64,000 nt of DNA, taken from positions 3,360,001-3,424,000 of the forward strand of contig OY970067.1 in the NCBI GenBank assembly GCA_963705305.1. Direction: 5' to 3'. The stretch comes from an uncultured Methylomirabilota bacterium. Its GTDB lineage: Bacteria; Methylomirabilota; Methylomirabilia; Methylomirabilales; 2-02-FULL-66-22. Positions 35,342 to 47,701 of the stretch are shown in pieces. Position numbers and translations under genes: made by a program. The first letter of the stretch is position 1; every line of letters starts with the position of its first letter. Below the pieces are notes generated by a model. The model saw only the letters and a program-made list of their open reading frames with translations, had not been told where the DNA came from and did no database searches.

Positions 35342-36703
35342 ATGCCCGAAACCAAGGTGCTGCTCACGGAGAAGAATCTCCCGACGCACTGGTACAACCT
35401 GCAGGCCGATCTGCCGTTTCCCCTGCCCCCCGTGATCCACCCTGGCACCAAGCAGCCCATCGGCCCCCAGGATCTGGCCCCGGTGTTTCCCATGGCCCTC
35501 ATCGGCCAGGAGGTCAGCCGGGAGCGCTGGGTGGAGATCCCCGAGCCGGTGCGGGATATCTACCGCCTGTGGCGGCCGACCCCCCTGTATCGGGCGCACC
35601 GACTGGAGCGGGCCCTGGATACGCCGGCCCGGATCTACTACAAGTGGGAGGGGGTGAGCCCGGCGGGCAGCCACAAGCCGAACACGGCCGTGGCCCAGGC
35701 CTACTACAATCGGCAGGAGGGCATCCGCCGCCTCACGACGGAAACGGGGGCGGGCCAGTGGGGGAGTGCCCTGGCATTCGCGGCGCAGCAGTTCGGCCTG
35801 GAATGCCAGGTCTACATGGTGCGGATCAGCTACGAGCAGAAGCCGTACCGGCGAGTGATGATGGAGACCTGGGGGGCCCGGGTGACGCCGAGCCCCAGCC
35901 AGGAGACCCGGGCCGGGCGAGCCATCCTGGCAAAAGACCCCGACTCGCCCGGCAGTCTCGGCATCGCCATCAGCGAGGCGGTCGAGGCGGCGGTGTCGGG
36001 GCAGGCCACCCGGTATTCCCTGGGAAGCGTGCTGAACCACGTGCTGATGCACCAGACCGTGATCGGACTGGAGGCGAAGCAGCAGTTCGAGATGATCGGC
36101 GAATCCCCGGATGTCCTGGTCGGCTGCGTGGGCGGAGGCAGCTCCTTCGCCGGATTCACCTTCCCGTTTGTTCAGGACAAGCTGTCGGGGAAGACCCCGC
36201 GTCTCCGCATCGTGGCGGTGGAGCCGACGGCCTGCCCCTCCATGACCAAAGGCAAGTATCTGTACGATTTCGGCGATACCGCCGGAACGACCCCGCTCAT
36301 GAAGATGTACACCCTGGGCCACTCGTTCATCCCGGCCCCCATTCACGCGGGTGGGCTGCGCTATCACGGGATGGCCCCCCTGGTTTGCGTCCTGTACGAC
36401 CACCAAGTCATCGAGGCGGTGGCGGTCCACCAGAATCCCGTCTTTCAGGCGGCGGTGCAGTTCGCCCGCACGGAGGGCATTCTGCCGGCGCCGGAGCCCT
36501 CGCACGCCATCCGCGTCGTCATCGACGAGGCGCTTCGCTGCCGGGAGCGGGGGGAGGGGAAGGTGATCGCCTTCGTTCTGTGTGGCCACGGCCACTTCGA
36601 CCTGTCGTCCTACGAACGCTACCTGGCGGGGAAGCTGGAGGATTTCGCGCTGCCGCAGTCGGCGATCGACGAGGCCCTCAGCCTGGTCCCCAAGGTGGAG
36701 TGA
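35342..36703 (+). CDS. trpB2: TrpB2 (TrpB-like PLP-dependent enzyme, tryptophan synthase beta chain 2)
   Basis: [29 protein letters not shown] (PLP Lys), [38 protein letters not shown]; no adjacent trpA. Confidence 0.95.
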   Translation: MPETKVLLTEKNLPTHWYNLQADLPFPLPPVIHPGTKQPIGPQDLAPVFPMALIGQEVSRERWVEIPEPVRDIYRLWRPTPLYRAHRLERALDTPARIYYKWEGVSPAGSHKPNTAVAQAYYNRQEGIRRLTTETGAGQWGSALAFAAQQFGLECQVYMVRISYEQKPYRRVMMETWGARVTPSPSQETRAGRAILAKDPDSPGSLGIAISEAVEAAVSGQATRYSLGSVLNHVLMHQTVIGLEAKQQFEMIGESPDVLVGCVGGGSSFAGFTFPFVQDKLSGKTPRLRIVAVEPTACPSMTKGKYLYDFGDTAGTTPLMKMYTLGHSFIPAPIHAGGLRYHGMAPLVCVLYDHQVIEAVAVHQNPVFQAAVQFARTEGILPAPEPSHAIRVVIDEALRCRERGEGKVIAFVLCGHGHFDLSSYERYLAGKLEDFALPQSAIDEALSLVPKVE

Positions 36704-36714
36704 GGGAGGAGCGC

Positions 36715-37476
36715 ATGGCAGAGGCGGAGAATACCCTGGCAGTCTTCGTCGACTTCGAGAACCTCGCCCAAGGGTTCAAGCACGGCAAGGAGGACTTCGA
36801 CATCCAGCGTGTCCTGGAGCGTCTGGTGGAGAAAGGGAAGGTGATCGTCAAGGTCGCCTACGCGGACTGGAGCCGCTACGCCAAGTACAAGCAGTATCTG
36901 CACGAGGCGGCCATCGAGCTGATCGAGATCCCCAAGCGGTCCATGACCGGCAAGAACTCCGCCGACATCCGCCTGTGCGTGGACGCCATGGACCTCTGCT
37001 ATTCCAAAGAGCACATCGACACCTTCGTGATCGTCTCCGGCGACAGCGACTTCTCCCCCCTGGTCTCCAAGCTGAAGGAGAACGGGAAGCGAGTCATCGG
37101 GCTGGGGATGAAAGGCTCGACCTCCACCCTCCTCAGCGACAACTGCGACGAGTTCATCTATTACGAGAACCTGGCCGCCGCCGACCAGATCGTCACCCCC
37201 GGCGTTCGGGATATCCCGAAGGAGAAGCGGGAGGTGTTCGAGCTGCTCTTCGAGACCATGACCGGCCTGATGCGGGAGAACAAGGAGATCCTCTGGTCCT
37301 CGATGATCAAGGACACCATGAAGCGGAAGCGGCCGGCCTTCTCCGAGCGGGCCTACGGCTACCGGACCTTCAGCGACCTGCTGGAGGACGCCCAGAAGCT
37401 GGGCTTCATCACGCTGCGGACCGATCCGACTAGCGGGACGTACGTCGTGGTGGGATTCGCCAAACCGGGGCGCTGA
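36715..37476 (+). CDS. NYN (LabA/DUF88, PIN-like) domain protein with C-terminal OST-HTH/LOTUS domain
   Basis: FVDFEN, AYADW, GKNSADIRLCVDAMD, SGDSDFSPL, CDEFIYY; C-terminal PAFSERAYGYRTFSDLL. Confidence 0.92.
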   Translation: MAEAENTLAVFVDFENLAQGFKHGKEDFDIQRVLERLVEKGKVIVKVAYADWSRYAKYKQYLHEAAIELIEIPKRSMTGKNSADIRLCVDAMDLCYSKEHIDTFVIVSGDSDFSPLVSKLKENGKRVIGLGMKGSTSTLLSDNCDEFIYYENLAAADQIVTPGVRDIPKEKREVFELLFETMTGLMRENKEILWSSMIKDTMKRKRPAFSERAYGYRTFSDLLEDAQKLGFITLRTDPTSGTYVVVGFAKPGR

Positions 37477-37527
37477 GGCGCCCCGCACGGCCGGGACGGG
37501 CGGAGGGCGGACCGGCTCGCGGCCCCG

Positions 37528-38511
37528 TCAATCCGCCGGGTGCATGTGCTGCAGCCGCTCGAACTCTTCGGCGTGCTCGCGCAGGATGGACAGCAGCTCG
37601 TGGACCTTGGCCTCCAGCTGCTGGATCATGCGCTGGTTCCGGATGGCCAGGCGGCGGCGCTCCAGGGCGCGCGAGACCGTGGCCAGCATCATCTCGGTCT
37701 TGAACCCCTTGACGATGAAGTCGAAGGCGCCCAGGCGGAGCGCGGCGATGGCATTCTCCGAAGTCGGGTGGGCGGTGATGATGATGACGGGGGAGTCGGG
37801 GATCAGCTCGCCGAGGCTGGCCAGAACCTCGAGGCCGGACATGCCCGGCATCAGGATGTCCAGCAGGACGACGTCGATCGGCTCCCGGCGGGCGATCTCG
37901 AGCGCCTGGGCGCCGCTGTCCGCCGTGTGTACGAGGTATCCCTTCTCATGCAGGGCGTCGGCGTAGAGCTGGCGCGCCAGCGCATCATCGTCGACCGCCA
38001 GGATGACGGGGGCGCTGGACGCGGGGGGCGCCAGGGGGCGGCCCTGGGGGCGCCGGGCATGGCGGTCCGCTTCGCGCGCATGCAAGGAGGCCAACGCTTC
38101 ATCCAGGTCCCGGTTCAGGTGGCCGACCTTCAGCAGGGCCTCGACCCGGGCCAGGAGCTCAGGGCGCTGGAACGGCTTGGTCAGAATGTCATCCCCGCCC
38201 ATCGCCAGGGCCCGCTCCTTGTCTCCCACGGTGCTGAGGGCCGTCACGAAGAGGACGGGAATGTCACGGGTCTCGGGGTCCGTCTTGAGACGGGCGCACA
38301 CCTCGAATCCCGACACTCCAGGCATCATGAGGTCCAGGAGGATCAGGTCGGGCCGCTCGCGCTGCGCCATGGTCAGGCCCTCCTGGCCGCCGCCGGCCAG
38401 CAGGACCTCGTATCCTGCCGGGACGAGCAGGGCCTCCAGGAGCTCCAGGTTCTGCGGTTCGTCGTCCACGGCCAGGATGCGGGCGGGCGGATTGCCCTGG
38501 GGGGTCGGCAT
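37528..38511 (-). CDS. Response regulator with two receiver domains and no output domain
   Basis: REC1: AVDDE, LLDLMMP, FVTA, TKPF. REC2: AVDDD, LLDILMP, ITAH, VKGF. C-terminal coiled coil. Confidence 0.9.
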   Translation of the reverse strand: MPTPQGNPPARILAVDDEPQNLELLEALLVPAGYEVLLAGGGQEGLTMAQRERPDLILLDLMMPGVSGFEVCARLKTDPETRDIPVLFVTALSTVGDKERALAMGGDDILTKPFQRPELLARVEALLKVGHLNRDLDEALASLHAREADRHARRPQGRPLAPPASSAPVILAVDDDALARQLYADALHEKGYLVHTADSGAQALEIARREPIDVVLLDILMPGMSGLEVLASLGELIPDSPVIIITAHPTSENAIAALRLGAFDFIVKGFKTEMMLATVSRALERRRLAIRNQRMIQQLEAKVHELLSILREHAEEFERLQHMHPAD

Positions 38512-38610
38512 CGGCAGCTCCTCTCGATGGGCGGCTCGCCTGGGCCCGCGGGCGAGCCGGGAACCGGGGACGGGAGGCGCGGACGTTTTTGCCCGCTTCC
38601 ATGGCCCCTT

Positions 38611-38639
38611 ACCCTAATGCAAACCCGGAAAGGTGTCAA
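38611..38639 (-). promoter_or_regulatory. Putative sigma70 promoter of the double-REC gene
   Basis: Minus strand TTGACA-17 bp-TAGGGT in the divergent intergenic region. Confidence 0.5.
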
Positions 38640-38742
38640 TGTCGGTGCCCGGCTTGTTCCCCGGCCTAGCCAATGAGGGATCGGGCCGGTGTGGGCGTGC
38701 GGGCAGATCCTGATGGCGGTCATACGCGCCGGGAGCGAACGG

Positions 38743-39852
38743 ATGAAACTGGAGCGGGTCAAGAGGGTCCTCCTCATCCGGCACCGGAGGATCGGAGACG
38801 TCGTCACCGTCACTCCCTGCATCCGGGCAATCAAAGAGACCTTTCCGGACGTCCATCTCGCCGTCCTGGTGGACAAGTCCACAGAGGGCGTCCTGCGGGG
38901 CCATCCCATGGTCGACGAGCTGATTGTCCTGGACAAGGACGCGTGCCGATCGGCGGGACGCGCCGGCAAACTGTGTAAGGAGGCGGCCTTCTTGTGGGGG
39001 CTGCGACGGAGGCGATTCGATCTGGTGATCAACCTGCACGGTGGACCCCGCAGCGCCATCGAGACACTGTGCGCCGGGGCCAGGTATCGTCTGGGTGGGT
39101 TCCCGTCCTGGCATCACTGGAACTGGGTGTACAACATCCGGACGCGGCCCCTGCGGGAGGTGCTGGGGGCGGGCGAAGAATCCCATATCGTGCTGCGGCA
39201 CCTGGCCACGCTCAGGGCCGCCGGAATCACGACCGCCGATACCCGTCTCGTCATGGGAGTCACCGGCAAGGCGCAGGCATCCCTGGATCGGCTGCTGGCG
39301 TCTCAGGGGCTGACGGCGGGTCGAGACATCGTAGTCATCTTTCCGGCCTCACGGCGCCGCGACGCGTGCTGGCCCGCGGAGCGGTTCGCCCAAGTGGCGG
39401 ACTGGCTCGTTCAAGAGTTCGCCGTGACGGTCGTCCTGGTTGCCGGCCCCGGCGAGCGGGCGGTCTGCGGCGAGGTCCGGGCGGCCATGCAGCAGGAAGC
39501 CATCGATCTGAGCGGGCTGATCGGCCTCCAAGAGCTGGCGGCGCTGCTGCAGCGCTCCGCGATGTTCATCGGCCTGGACGGCGGCCCGATCCACATTGCG
39601 GCTGCCGTGGGGACGCCGATCGTCGGGCTATACGGCCCCACGTCCGATACGTGGCGGCCCTGGACGACGCAGAGCATTCTGGTGCGGCCTTTCAACTTGC
39701 GCCAGCGGGCTTCGGGAGAGTGCCCCCAGGCTCCCTCGGCAGGCATGGATGGCATCAGCGTCGCGCAGGTCTGTGAGGCCGTCCGGCGCCTCCGCGCCCG
39801 CCTGGGGTCTGCGGGCGGGCACCCGGCGAAGGCGGCGCCAGGGCAGGGCTGA
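38743..39852 (+). CDS. Glycosyltransferase family 9 (heptosyltransferase-like)
   Basis: RVLLIRHRRIGDVV, FDLVINLH, WPAERFAQ, FIGLDGGPIHIAAAVGTP, YGPT...WRPW. Confidence 0.92.
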   Translation: MKLERVKRVLLIRHRRIGDVVTVTPCIRAIKETFPDVHLAVLVDKSTEGVLRGHPMVDELIVLDKDACRSAGRAGKLCKEAAFLWGLRRRRFDLVINLHGGPRSAIETLCAGARYRLGGFPSWHHWNWVYNIRTRPLREVLGAGEESHIVLRHLATLRAAGITTADTRLVMGVTGKAQASLDRLLASQGLTAGRDIVVIFPASRRRDACWPAERFAQVADWLVQEFAVTVVLVAGPGERAVCGEVRAAMQQEAIDLSGLIGLQELAALLQRSAMFIGLDGGPIHIAAAVGTPIVGLYGPTSDTWRPWTTQSILVRPFNLRQRASGECPQAPSAGMDGISVAQVCEAVRRLRARLGSAGGHPAKAAPGQG

Positions 39853-39883
39853 CGTTCCGGCCGGCCGGACATCCTTTCGCGAG

Positions 39884-39907
39884 ACCCGCCGCGTGCGGCG
39901 GGTTTTT
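39884..39907 (+). terminator. Rho-independent terminator
   Basis: ACCCGCCG-cgtg-CGGCGGGT stem-loop followed by TTTT, downstream of the GT9 gene. Confidence 0.65.
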
Positions 39908-39909
39908 CC

Positions 39910-39938
39910 TTGACGGTCCAAGACGCCTCGCGGAGAAT
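39910..39938 (+). promoter_or_regulatory. Putative sigma70 promoter of the nucleotide-sugar operon
   Basis: TTGACG-17 bp-GAGAAT directly after the terminator. Confidence 0.45.
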
Positions 39939-40045
39939 ACGCGCCATCACGGGCGGCTCGGCCATTCGGCGGGCCGAGGGATTGCCTTCCCGGTGGATGG
40001 CAGAACGGCCAGCCGCCCGAGCGTTTGCCCACTCCGAGGCCCCCG

Positions 40046-41497
40046 ATGACCGATATCCATTTTGGGACCGACGGCTGGCGCGGCGTCATCGCCGATGAGG
40101 TGACCTTCTCCAGCGTGCGCCTGGTGGCGCGCGCCATCGCCCGGTGTGTCTTGGTGGGGGCGAGCGGCGAGGAGGCTCCGCACATCCTGATCGGGTACGA
40201 CACGCGGTTCCTGTCGCGGGAATTCGCCCAGGCGGCGGCCGGCGTCATGGCCGGGGAGGGGGTCCAGGTCAGCCTGGCGGAGAGCTTCGCGCCCACGCCC
40301 GCCCTCTCGTACGCCGTGGTCCGTCTGGGGGCCACCGGCGGGGTGGTCATCACGGCCAGCCACAACCCGCCGCTGTACAGCGGGGTGAAACTCAAGACGG
40401 CCTTCGGCGGATCCGCCCCCGCGACCTTCACCCAGGCAATCGAAGAGGAGATCCAGAGGCTGCAAGCGGACAGCCGGGAGCCGGACGGGGAGGGAAATTT
40501 CGAAATTCGAAATTCGAAATTCGAAATTGCGTACTTTGATCCCCGCGTCCTCTGGCTGGACCGTCTGGAGGAGCTGGCGGATGTGCCCCGGATCGGGAAG
40601 AGCCGGATGCGGGTCGTGCTGGATGTCATGTACGGGGCCGGCCAGGGCCTCCTGGCGGGGCGGCTGCGGCAGGCGGGCTGCGAGGTGCGCGAGCTGCACG
40701 CCGAGGTCAATCCGACCTTCGGCGGGCTTCACCCAGAGCCGATCCCCCGGTACATGGGTGCCCTCATCGAGGAGGTGAAGGGCTGGACGGGCCCCAAGCA
40801 TCCCGTCGGCTTCGCCTTCGACGGGGACAGCGATCGGATCGCCCCCGTGGACGAACTCGGCAACGTGCTCTCTCCCCATCAGACGCTGGCGCTCCTGGTC
40901 CGCCACCTCGCGCGCAACCGGCGGGAGCGGGGGGCCGTGGTGAAATCCGTGAACATCGGCCGCATGGTGGAGCTGGAAGCGGCTGCGCTGGGGCTACCCG
41001 TGGCGGTCACCCCCATCGGCTTTAAGTACATCGCCGCAGCCATGCGGGAGCATGGTGCGCTAGTGGGGGGGGAGGAGAGCGGCGGGTTCGCTGTGCGGGG
41101 GCACATCCCGGAGCGGGATCCGGGCCTGGTGTGCCTGCTGCTGCTGGAGTGCATGGCGATGACCGGCAAGTCGCTCGGCATGCTGGTGCGGGAGATGGAG
41201 ACCGAGTACGGGCCGCACCGATACGGCCGGATTGACCTGCGCCTCCCGACCCTGGCCGATCGCGACCGGGTGGTGGCGAGTCTTAAGGCGGCCCCCCCGG
41301 GGGAGCTGCTGTCCAAACTGGTCCGGCAGGTGGATTCGCTGGACGGGGTGAAGCTAATCCGGGCGGATCACAGCTGGGTGATGCTGCGGGCATCCGGTAC
41401 GGAGCCGCTGCTCCGCATCTACGCCGAGGCGCCGACGGATGCGGAGGTGGAGAGCCTGCTGATGTGGGGTCGGCGAACGACGCTGGGGGAGGCGTAG
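40046..41497 (+). CDS. Phosphoglucomutase/phosphomannomutase
   Basis: FGTDGWRG, TASHNP (catalytic Ser), DGDSDR, GEESGG, RASGTEPLLRIYAE. Confidence 0.95.
   Translation: MTDIHFGTDGWRGVIADEVTFSSVRLVARAIARCVLVGASGEEAPHILIGYDTRFLSREFAQAAAGVMAGEGVQVSLAESFAPTPALSYAVVRLGATGGVVITASHNPPLYSGVKLKTAFGGSAPATFTQAIEEEIQRLQADSREPDGEGNFEIRNSKFEIAYFDPRVLWLDRLEELADVPRIGKSRMRVVLDVMYGAGQGLLAGRLRQAGCEVRELHAEVNPTFGGLHPEPIPRYMGALIEEVKGWTGPKHPVGFAFDGDSDRIAPVDELGNVLSPHQTLALLVRHLARNRRERGAVVKSVNIGRMVELEAAALGLPVAVTPIGFKYIAAAMREHGALVGGEESGGFAVRGHIPERDPGLVCLLLLECMAMTGKSLGMLVREMETEYGPHRYGRIDLRLPTLADRDRVVASLKAAPPGELLSKLVRQVDSLDGVKLIRADHSWVMLRASGTEPLLRIYAEAPTDAEVESLLMWGRRTTLGEA
40494..40528. repeat. Heptamer tandem repeat (CGAAATT x4) inside the PGM/PMM coding sequence
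   Basis: GAAATTT followed by four exact CGAAATT units at 40501-40528, encoding NFEIRNSKFEI. Confidence 0.9.
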
Positions 41498-41504
41498 GAT
41501 TCGG

Positions 41505-43986
<2,482 letters not shown>

Positions 43987-44008
43987 GAGAGGACCGAGGG
44001 AGCCTCCA

Positions 44009-45391
44009 GTGAACGTTTCCGTGATCGGGACCGGGTATGTGGGCCTGGTGACCGCCGCCTGTCTGGCGGAGGTGGGCCATCACGTCGTGGGGATGGATGA
44101 CGACCGCCAGAAGGTGGCGATGCTCCAGCGGGGGGAGGTGCCCATCTACGAGCCCCACCTCGATACGCTGGTCGCGCGCGCCCGGCAGGCCGGCCGCTTG
44201 GCCTTCAGCGGCGACGTGGCTGAGGCGGTGCGCGACGCCGATGTCGTCTTCATTTGCGTCAACACCCCGCCGCTGCCCGGCGGTGACGCGGATCTCTCAT
44301 ACGTGGAGCGGGCGACCCGGCGGATCGCCGAGCACGCCGTCCGGCCGCTCATCCTGGTCGAGAAATCGACCGTCCCGGTCCAGACAGGGCAGTGGATCGA
44401 GCGCACCCTGATCGTGTACGGGCGGCGCCCCGGACTGGAGTGCGAGGTGGCCTCCAACCCGGAGTTCACCCGGGAGGGGCGGGCGGTCGAAGACTTTCTC
44501 CACCCCGATCGGATCGTCCTGGGGGTGAAGAGCCGGAGGGCGGAACGCGCCCTGCGCGCCCTGTATGGCCCGATCCTGGACGGCGGATTCGCCTGCCCGG
44601 TGCACCCCCAGGGGTGCCGGCCCGGCCGGATTCCGGTCCTGGTCACCGACATCGCCAGCGCCGAGCTCATCAAGCACGCCAGCAACTCCTTCCTGGCCCT
44701 GAAGATCGCGTTTGCCAATGCGGTGGCGGACATCTGCGAGCGGGCCGGCGCCGACATCGGCCAGGTCGTGGAGGGGATGGGGCTGGACCCGCGGATCGGC
44801 CGCGCCTTCCTGAACGCCGGGATCGGCTTCGGCGGCTCCTGCTTCCCCAAGGACCTCCGGGCCTTCGTGAAGCTGGCGGAGCAGCACGGCGTCGATTTTA
44901 CGCTGCTCAAAGAGGTCGACCGGATCAACCGGGATCGGCGCCACCTGGTGGTGGAGAAGCTGCGGCGCGCCCTCTGGATTCTGCGGGACAAGCGCATCGG
45001 CCTCTTGGGGCTGGCCTTCAAGCCCGAGACCGACGATGTCCGGGAGGCGCCGGCCCTCCACATCGCCCGCCTGCTCCTTGCCGAGGGGGCGGCGGTCCAG
45101 GGCTACGATCCCAAGGCGGGGGTCAAGGCCCAGCAGGCCCTGCCGGAGCTCGCCGTGCGCCCCGACCCGTACGCGGTCGCCGCCGGGTCCGAGGCCCTGG
45201 TCCTGTGCACCGAGTGGCCCGAGCTGGCCCGGCTGGATTGGTCGCGGATGAAGGCCCAGATGGTCCGGCCCCTCATCCTGGACGGGCGGAACGCGCTGGA
45301 CCCTGAGATGCTGACGGCTTTAGGGTTCGAATATCTCGGGATGGGCCGCCGCGATCCCCGGGCGGCCTCCTCCCGGCGGACGGCCCCATGA
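44009..45391 (+). CDS. ugd: UDP-glucose/GDP-mannose dehydrogenase family (UDP-glucose 6-dehydrogenase)
   Basis: [51 protein letters not shown]. Confidence 0.94.
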   Translation: MNVSVIGTGYVGLVTAACLAEVGHHVVGMDDDRQKVAMLQRGEVPIYEPHLDTLVARARQAGRLAFSGDVAEAVRDADVVFICVNTPPLPGGDADLSYVERATRRIAEHAVRPLILVEKSTVPVQTGQWIERTLIVYGRRPGLECEVASNPEFTREGRAVEDFLHPDRIVLGVKSRRAERALRALYGPILDGGFACPVHPQGCRPGRIPVLVTDIASAELIKHASNSFLALKIAFANAVADICERAGADIGQVVEGMGLDPRIGRAFLNAGIGFGGSCFPKDLRAFVKLAEQHGVDFTLLKEVDRINRDRRHLVVEKLRRALWILRDKRIGLLGLAFKPETDDVREAPALHIARLLLAEGAAVQGYDPKAGVKAQQALPELAVRPDPYAVAAGSEALVLCTEWPELARLDWSRMKAQMVRPLILDGRNALDPEMLTALGFEYLGMGRRDPRAASSRRTAP

Positions 45392-46338
45392 CCGCCCCCC
45401 GCACCCTCGTCACCGGGGCCGCCGGCTTCCTCGGCTCCCACCTGTGCGACCGCCTCCTGGCCGAGGGCCACACGGTGATCGGGATGGACAACCTCTGCAC
45501 CGGGAGCATGGACAACCTGGCCCACCTCCTGGGCCACCCCCGCTTCCGCTTCATCCACCAGGACGTGACCGAGTACCTGTACGTGGAGGGCCCCCTGGCC
45601 CACATCCTCCACTTCGCCTCCCCGGCCTCCCCGGTGGACTACCTCCGCCTCCCCATCCAGACCCTGAAGGTCGGCTCCCTGGGGACCCACAAGGCCCTGG
45701 GCCTCGCCAAGGCCAAGGGGGCCCGCTTCCTCCTGGCCTCCACCTCCGAGGTCTACGGGGACCCCCAGGTCCACCCCCAGCCGGAGGGGTACTGGGGCCA
45801 CGTGAACCCGGTGGGCCCCCGCGGGGTCTACGACGAGGCGAAGCGCTTCGCCGAGGCCCTCACCATGGCCTACCATCGGGCCCACGGGGTGGACACCCGC
45901 ATCGCCCGGATCTTCAACACCTACGGTCCCCGCATGCGCCCCCACGACGGCCGGGTGGTCTCCAACTTCCTGATCCAGGCCCTCACCGACCAGCCCCTCA
46001 CCCTCTACGGGGACGGGCGCCAGACCCGGAGCTTCTGCTACGTGAGCGACCTCGTGGAGGGGATCGTCCGGCTCCTCGCCTCGGGCGAGACCGAGCCGGT
46101 GAACCTCGGGAACCCCGCCGAGCGGACCATCCGCGACCTCGTGACCGCTATCGAGGCTCTCCTGGGCCGGCCCCTCCAGGTACGCACCCACCCCCTCCCC
46201 GTGGACGACCCCCGGGTGCGCCAGCCCGACATCACCAAGGCCCGCGAGCGCCTGGGCTGGGCCCCCACGGTCCGCCTGGAGGACGGCCTCCGGGAGACGC
46301 TGGCCTACTTTCAGAGCAAGGGGACCGAGGCGCGATGA
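45388..46338 (+). CDS. uxs: UDP-glucuronate decarboxylase (UDP-xylose synthase)
   Basis: [64 protein letters not shown]. Confidence 0.93.
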   Translation: MTAPRTLVTGAAGFLGSHLCDRLLAEGHTVIGMDNLCTGSMDNLAHLLGHPRFRFIHQDVTEYLYVEGPLAHILHFASPASPVDYLRLPIQTLKVGSLGTHKALGLAKAKGARFLLASTSEVYGDPQVHPQPEGYWGHVNPVGPRGVYDEAKRFAEALTMAYHRAHGVDTRIARIFNTYGPRMRPHDGRVVSNFLIQALTDQPLTLYGDGRQTRSFCYVSDLVEGIVRLLASGETEPVNLGNPAERTIRDLVTAIEALLGRPLQVRTHPLPVDDPRVRQPDITKARERLGWAPTVRLEDGLRETLAYFQSKGTEAR

Positions 46339-46468
46339 GGGGGGGCGGGCGCTGCCTCCGATCGCATCGAGTGTCTGCGATCCCCTGCAATGAGGCGGCG
46401 GGGCCACAGGCGTTCGGCAGCAGAGGTGAATAGGCGAGACTCTGAACCGAACAGGGAAGTTAATATCC

Positions 46469-46503
46469 GGGCGCTGGAGGGCTTCAGCGCCCTCTGTTTT
46501 TTT
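46469..46503 (+). terminator. Rho-independent terminator
   Basis: GGGCGCTGGA-gggc-TTCAGCGCCC stem followed by TCTG and T7. Confidence 0.65.
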
Positions 46504-46603
46504 CCGTCCGTTCTGCCGCCATGTGTCCGGTATTGTGCTGGTTCCTCCCCGCCGTTACGTGGAAGCAGCCTGTCAGTCCGAAGGGCAGCAGGCCCAAAAC
46601 GGG

Positions 46604-46632
46604 TTGAATTTTCGGCTAAAATAAGATAGCGT
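46604..46632 (+). promoter_or_regulatory. Putative sigma70 promoter of the rfaE1-kdsB-pyrG-kdsA operon
   Basis: AT-rich patch with TTGAAT-17 bp-TAGCGT and additional TAAAAT/TAAGAT hexamers. Confidence 0.45.
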
Positions 46633-46663
46633 AGCCACCGTTTTGATAAGGATTTACGAAGCC

Positions 46664-47701
46664 ATGAACCAGAATCGACTGCAGAAGTATCTGGAGAATT
46701 TCCCCCGGAGCCGCGTGCTGGTCCTGGGGGATGTTATGGTGGACGAGTATGTCTGGGGAGCGGTCTCCCGCATCTCGCCCGAGGCGCCCGTGCCGGTCGT
46801 GGCGGTTCGGTCGGAGAGCGTGCGGGTGGGCGGGGCTGCCAACGTGGCCGCGAATATCCGGGCCATGGGAGGTGAGGCGCGGATCATCGGGGTGGTGGGC
46901 AGCGACGCGCCGGCGGAGCGGCTGATCCACGAGCTGGAGCGGGCGGGGGTGAAGGGAGACAGCCTGGTGGTAGACGGGACCCGACCCACCACGATCAAGA
47001 GCCGCGTGGTGGCCGGCAGCCAGCACGTGGTGCGCTTCGACCGGGAGAGCGACGCTCCGCTCAGCCCGGCCGTGCGCGCCCGGCTCATGAGCGAGGTGCG
47101 CCAGGCGCTACCCGACAGCGATGTCCTGCTGATTTCCGACTACGCCAAAGGGGTGGTGAGCCCGCCCCTGATCCGCGGCGTCCTGGCCCTGGCGGCCCGG
47201 GCCAAGACGCTCGTCGCGGTGGATCCCAAGGTCCAGCACCTCCCCCTCTTTCGCGGCGTGGCCGTGGTAGCCCCCAATCACCAGGAAGCGGCGGCGGCCG
47301 CCCGGGTGCTGGTGCGCCAGGAGGCGGACCTCCTCCGGGTCGGGCAGATCCTGCTGAAGCGGCTGCGGGCGCAGGCGGTCCTCATCACCCGGGGGGAGCA
47401 CGGGATGTCCCTGTTCGAGACCGGGAGGCCGGTGGCGCATATCCCCACCTTCGCGCGCGAAGTGTACGATGTCACGGGGGCGGGAGACACCGTCATGGCC
47501 GCGCTGTCGCTGGCCCTGGCGGCCGGAGCGAGTATGTACGAGGCGGCGGTCGTGGCCAACTTCGCCGCCGGCGTGGTGGTGGGGAAGCGCGGCACTGCCA
47601 CGGTGAGCCAGCCGGAGCTGCGAAGCGCCATGCAGGACGGCCGGCCGGGGCGGCACCCGGCCCGGCGGCTGCCCGCCCGGCCGGAAAGGTCGAGGCCGTG
47701 A
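46664..47701 (+). CDS. rfaE1: D-glycero-beta-D-manno-heptose-7-phosphate kinase (stand-alone HldE kinase domain)
   Basis: GDVMVDEY, RISPEAPVPV, GGAANVA, ISDYAKG, VDPK, VYDVTGAGDTV; no adenylyltransferase domain. Confidence 0.94.
   Translation: MNQNRLQKYLENFPRSRVLVLGDVMVDEYVWGAVSRISPEAPVPVVAVRSESVRVGGAANVAANIRAMGGEARIIGVVGSDAPAERLIHELERAGVKGDSLVVDGTRPTTIKSRVVAGSQHVVRFDRESDAPLSPAVRARLMSEVRQALPDSDVLLISDYAKGVVSPPLIRGVLALAARAKTLVAVDPKVQHLPLFRGVAVVAPNHQEAAAAARVLVRQEADLLRVGQILLKRLRAQAVLITRGEHGMSLFETGRPVAHIPTFAREVYDVTGAGDTVMAALSLALAAGASMYEAAVVANFAAGVVVGKRGTATVSQPELRSAMQDGRPGRHPARRLPARPERSRP

Noticed and set aside
36715..37476. NYN protein as a toxin or anti-phage system
   Set aside because: It has no antitoxin or defence neighbours; it is a standard LabA/DUF88-LOTUS protein in a housekeeping context.
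46412..46503. T-box, lysine or glutamine riboswitch identity for the structured element
   Set aside because: It lacks the T-box UGGNACC bulge and the conserved cores of those riboswitches; it is kept only as an unassigned candidate.
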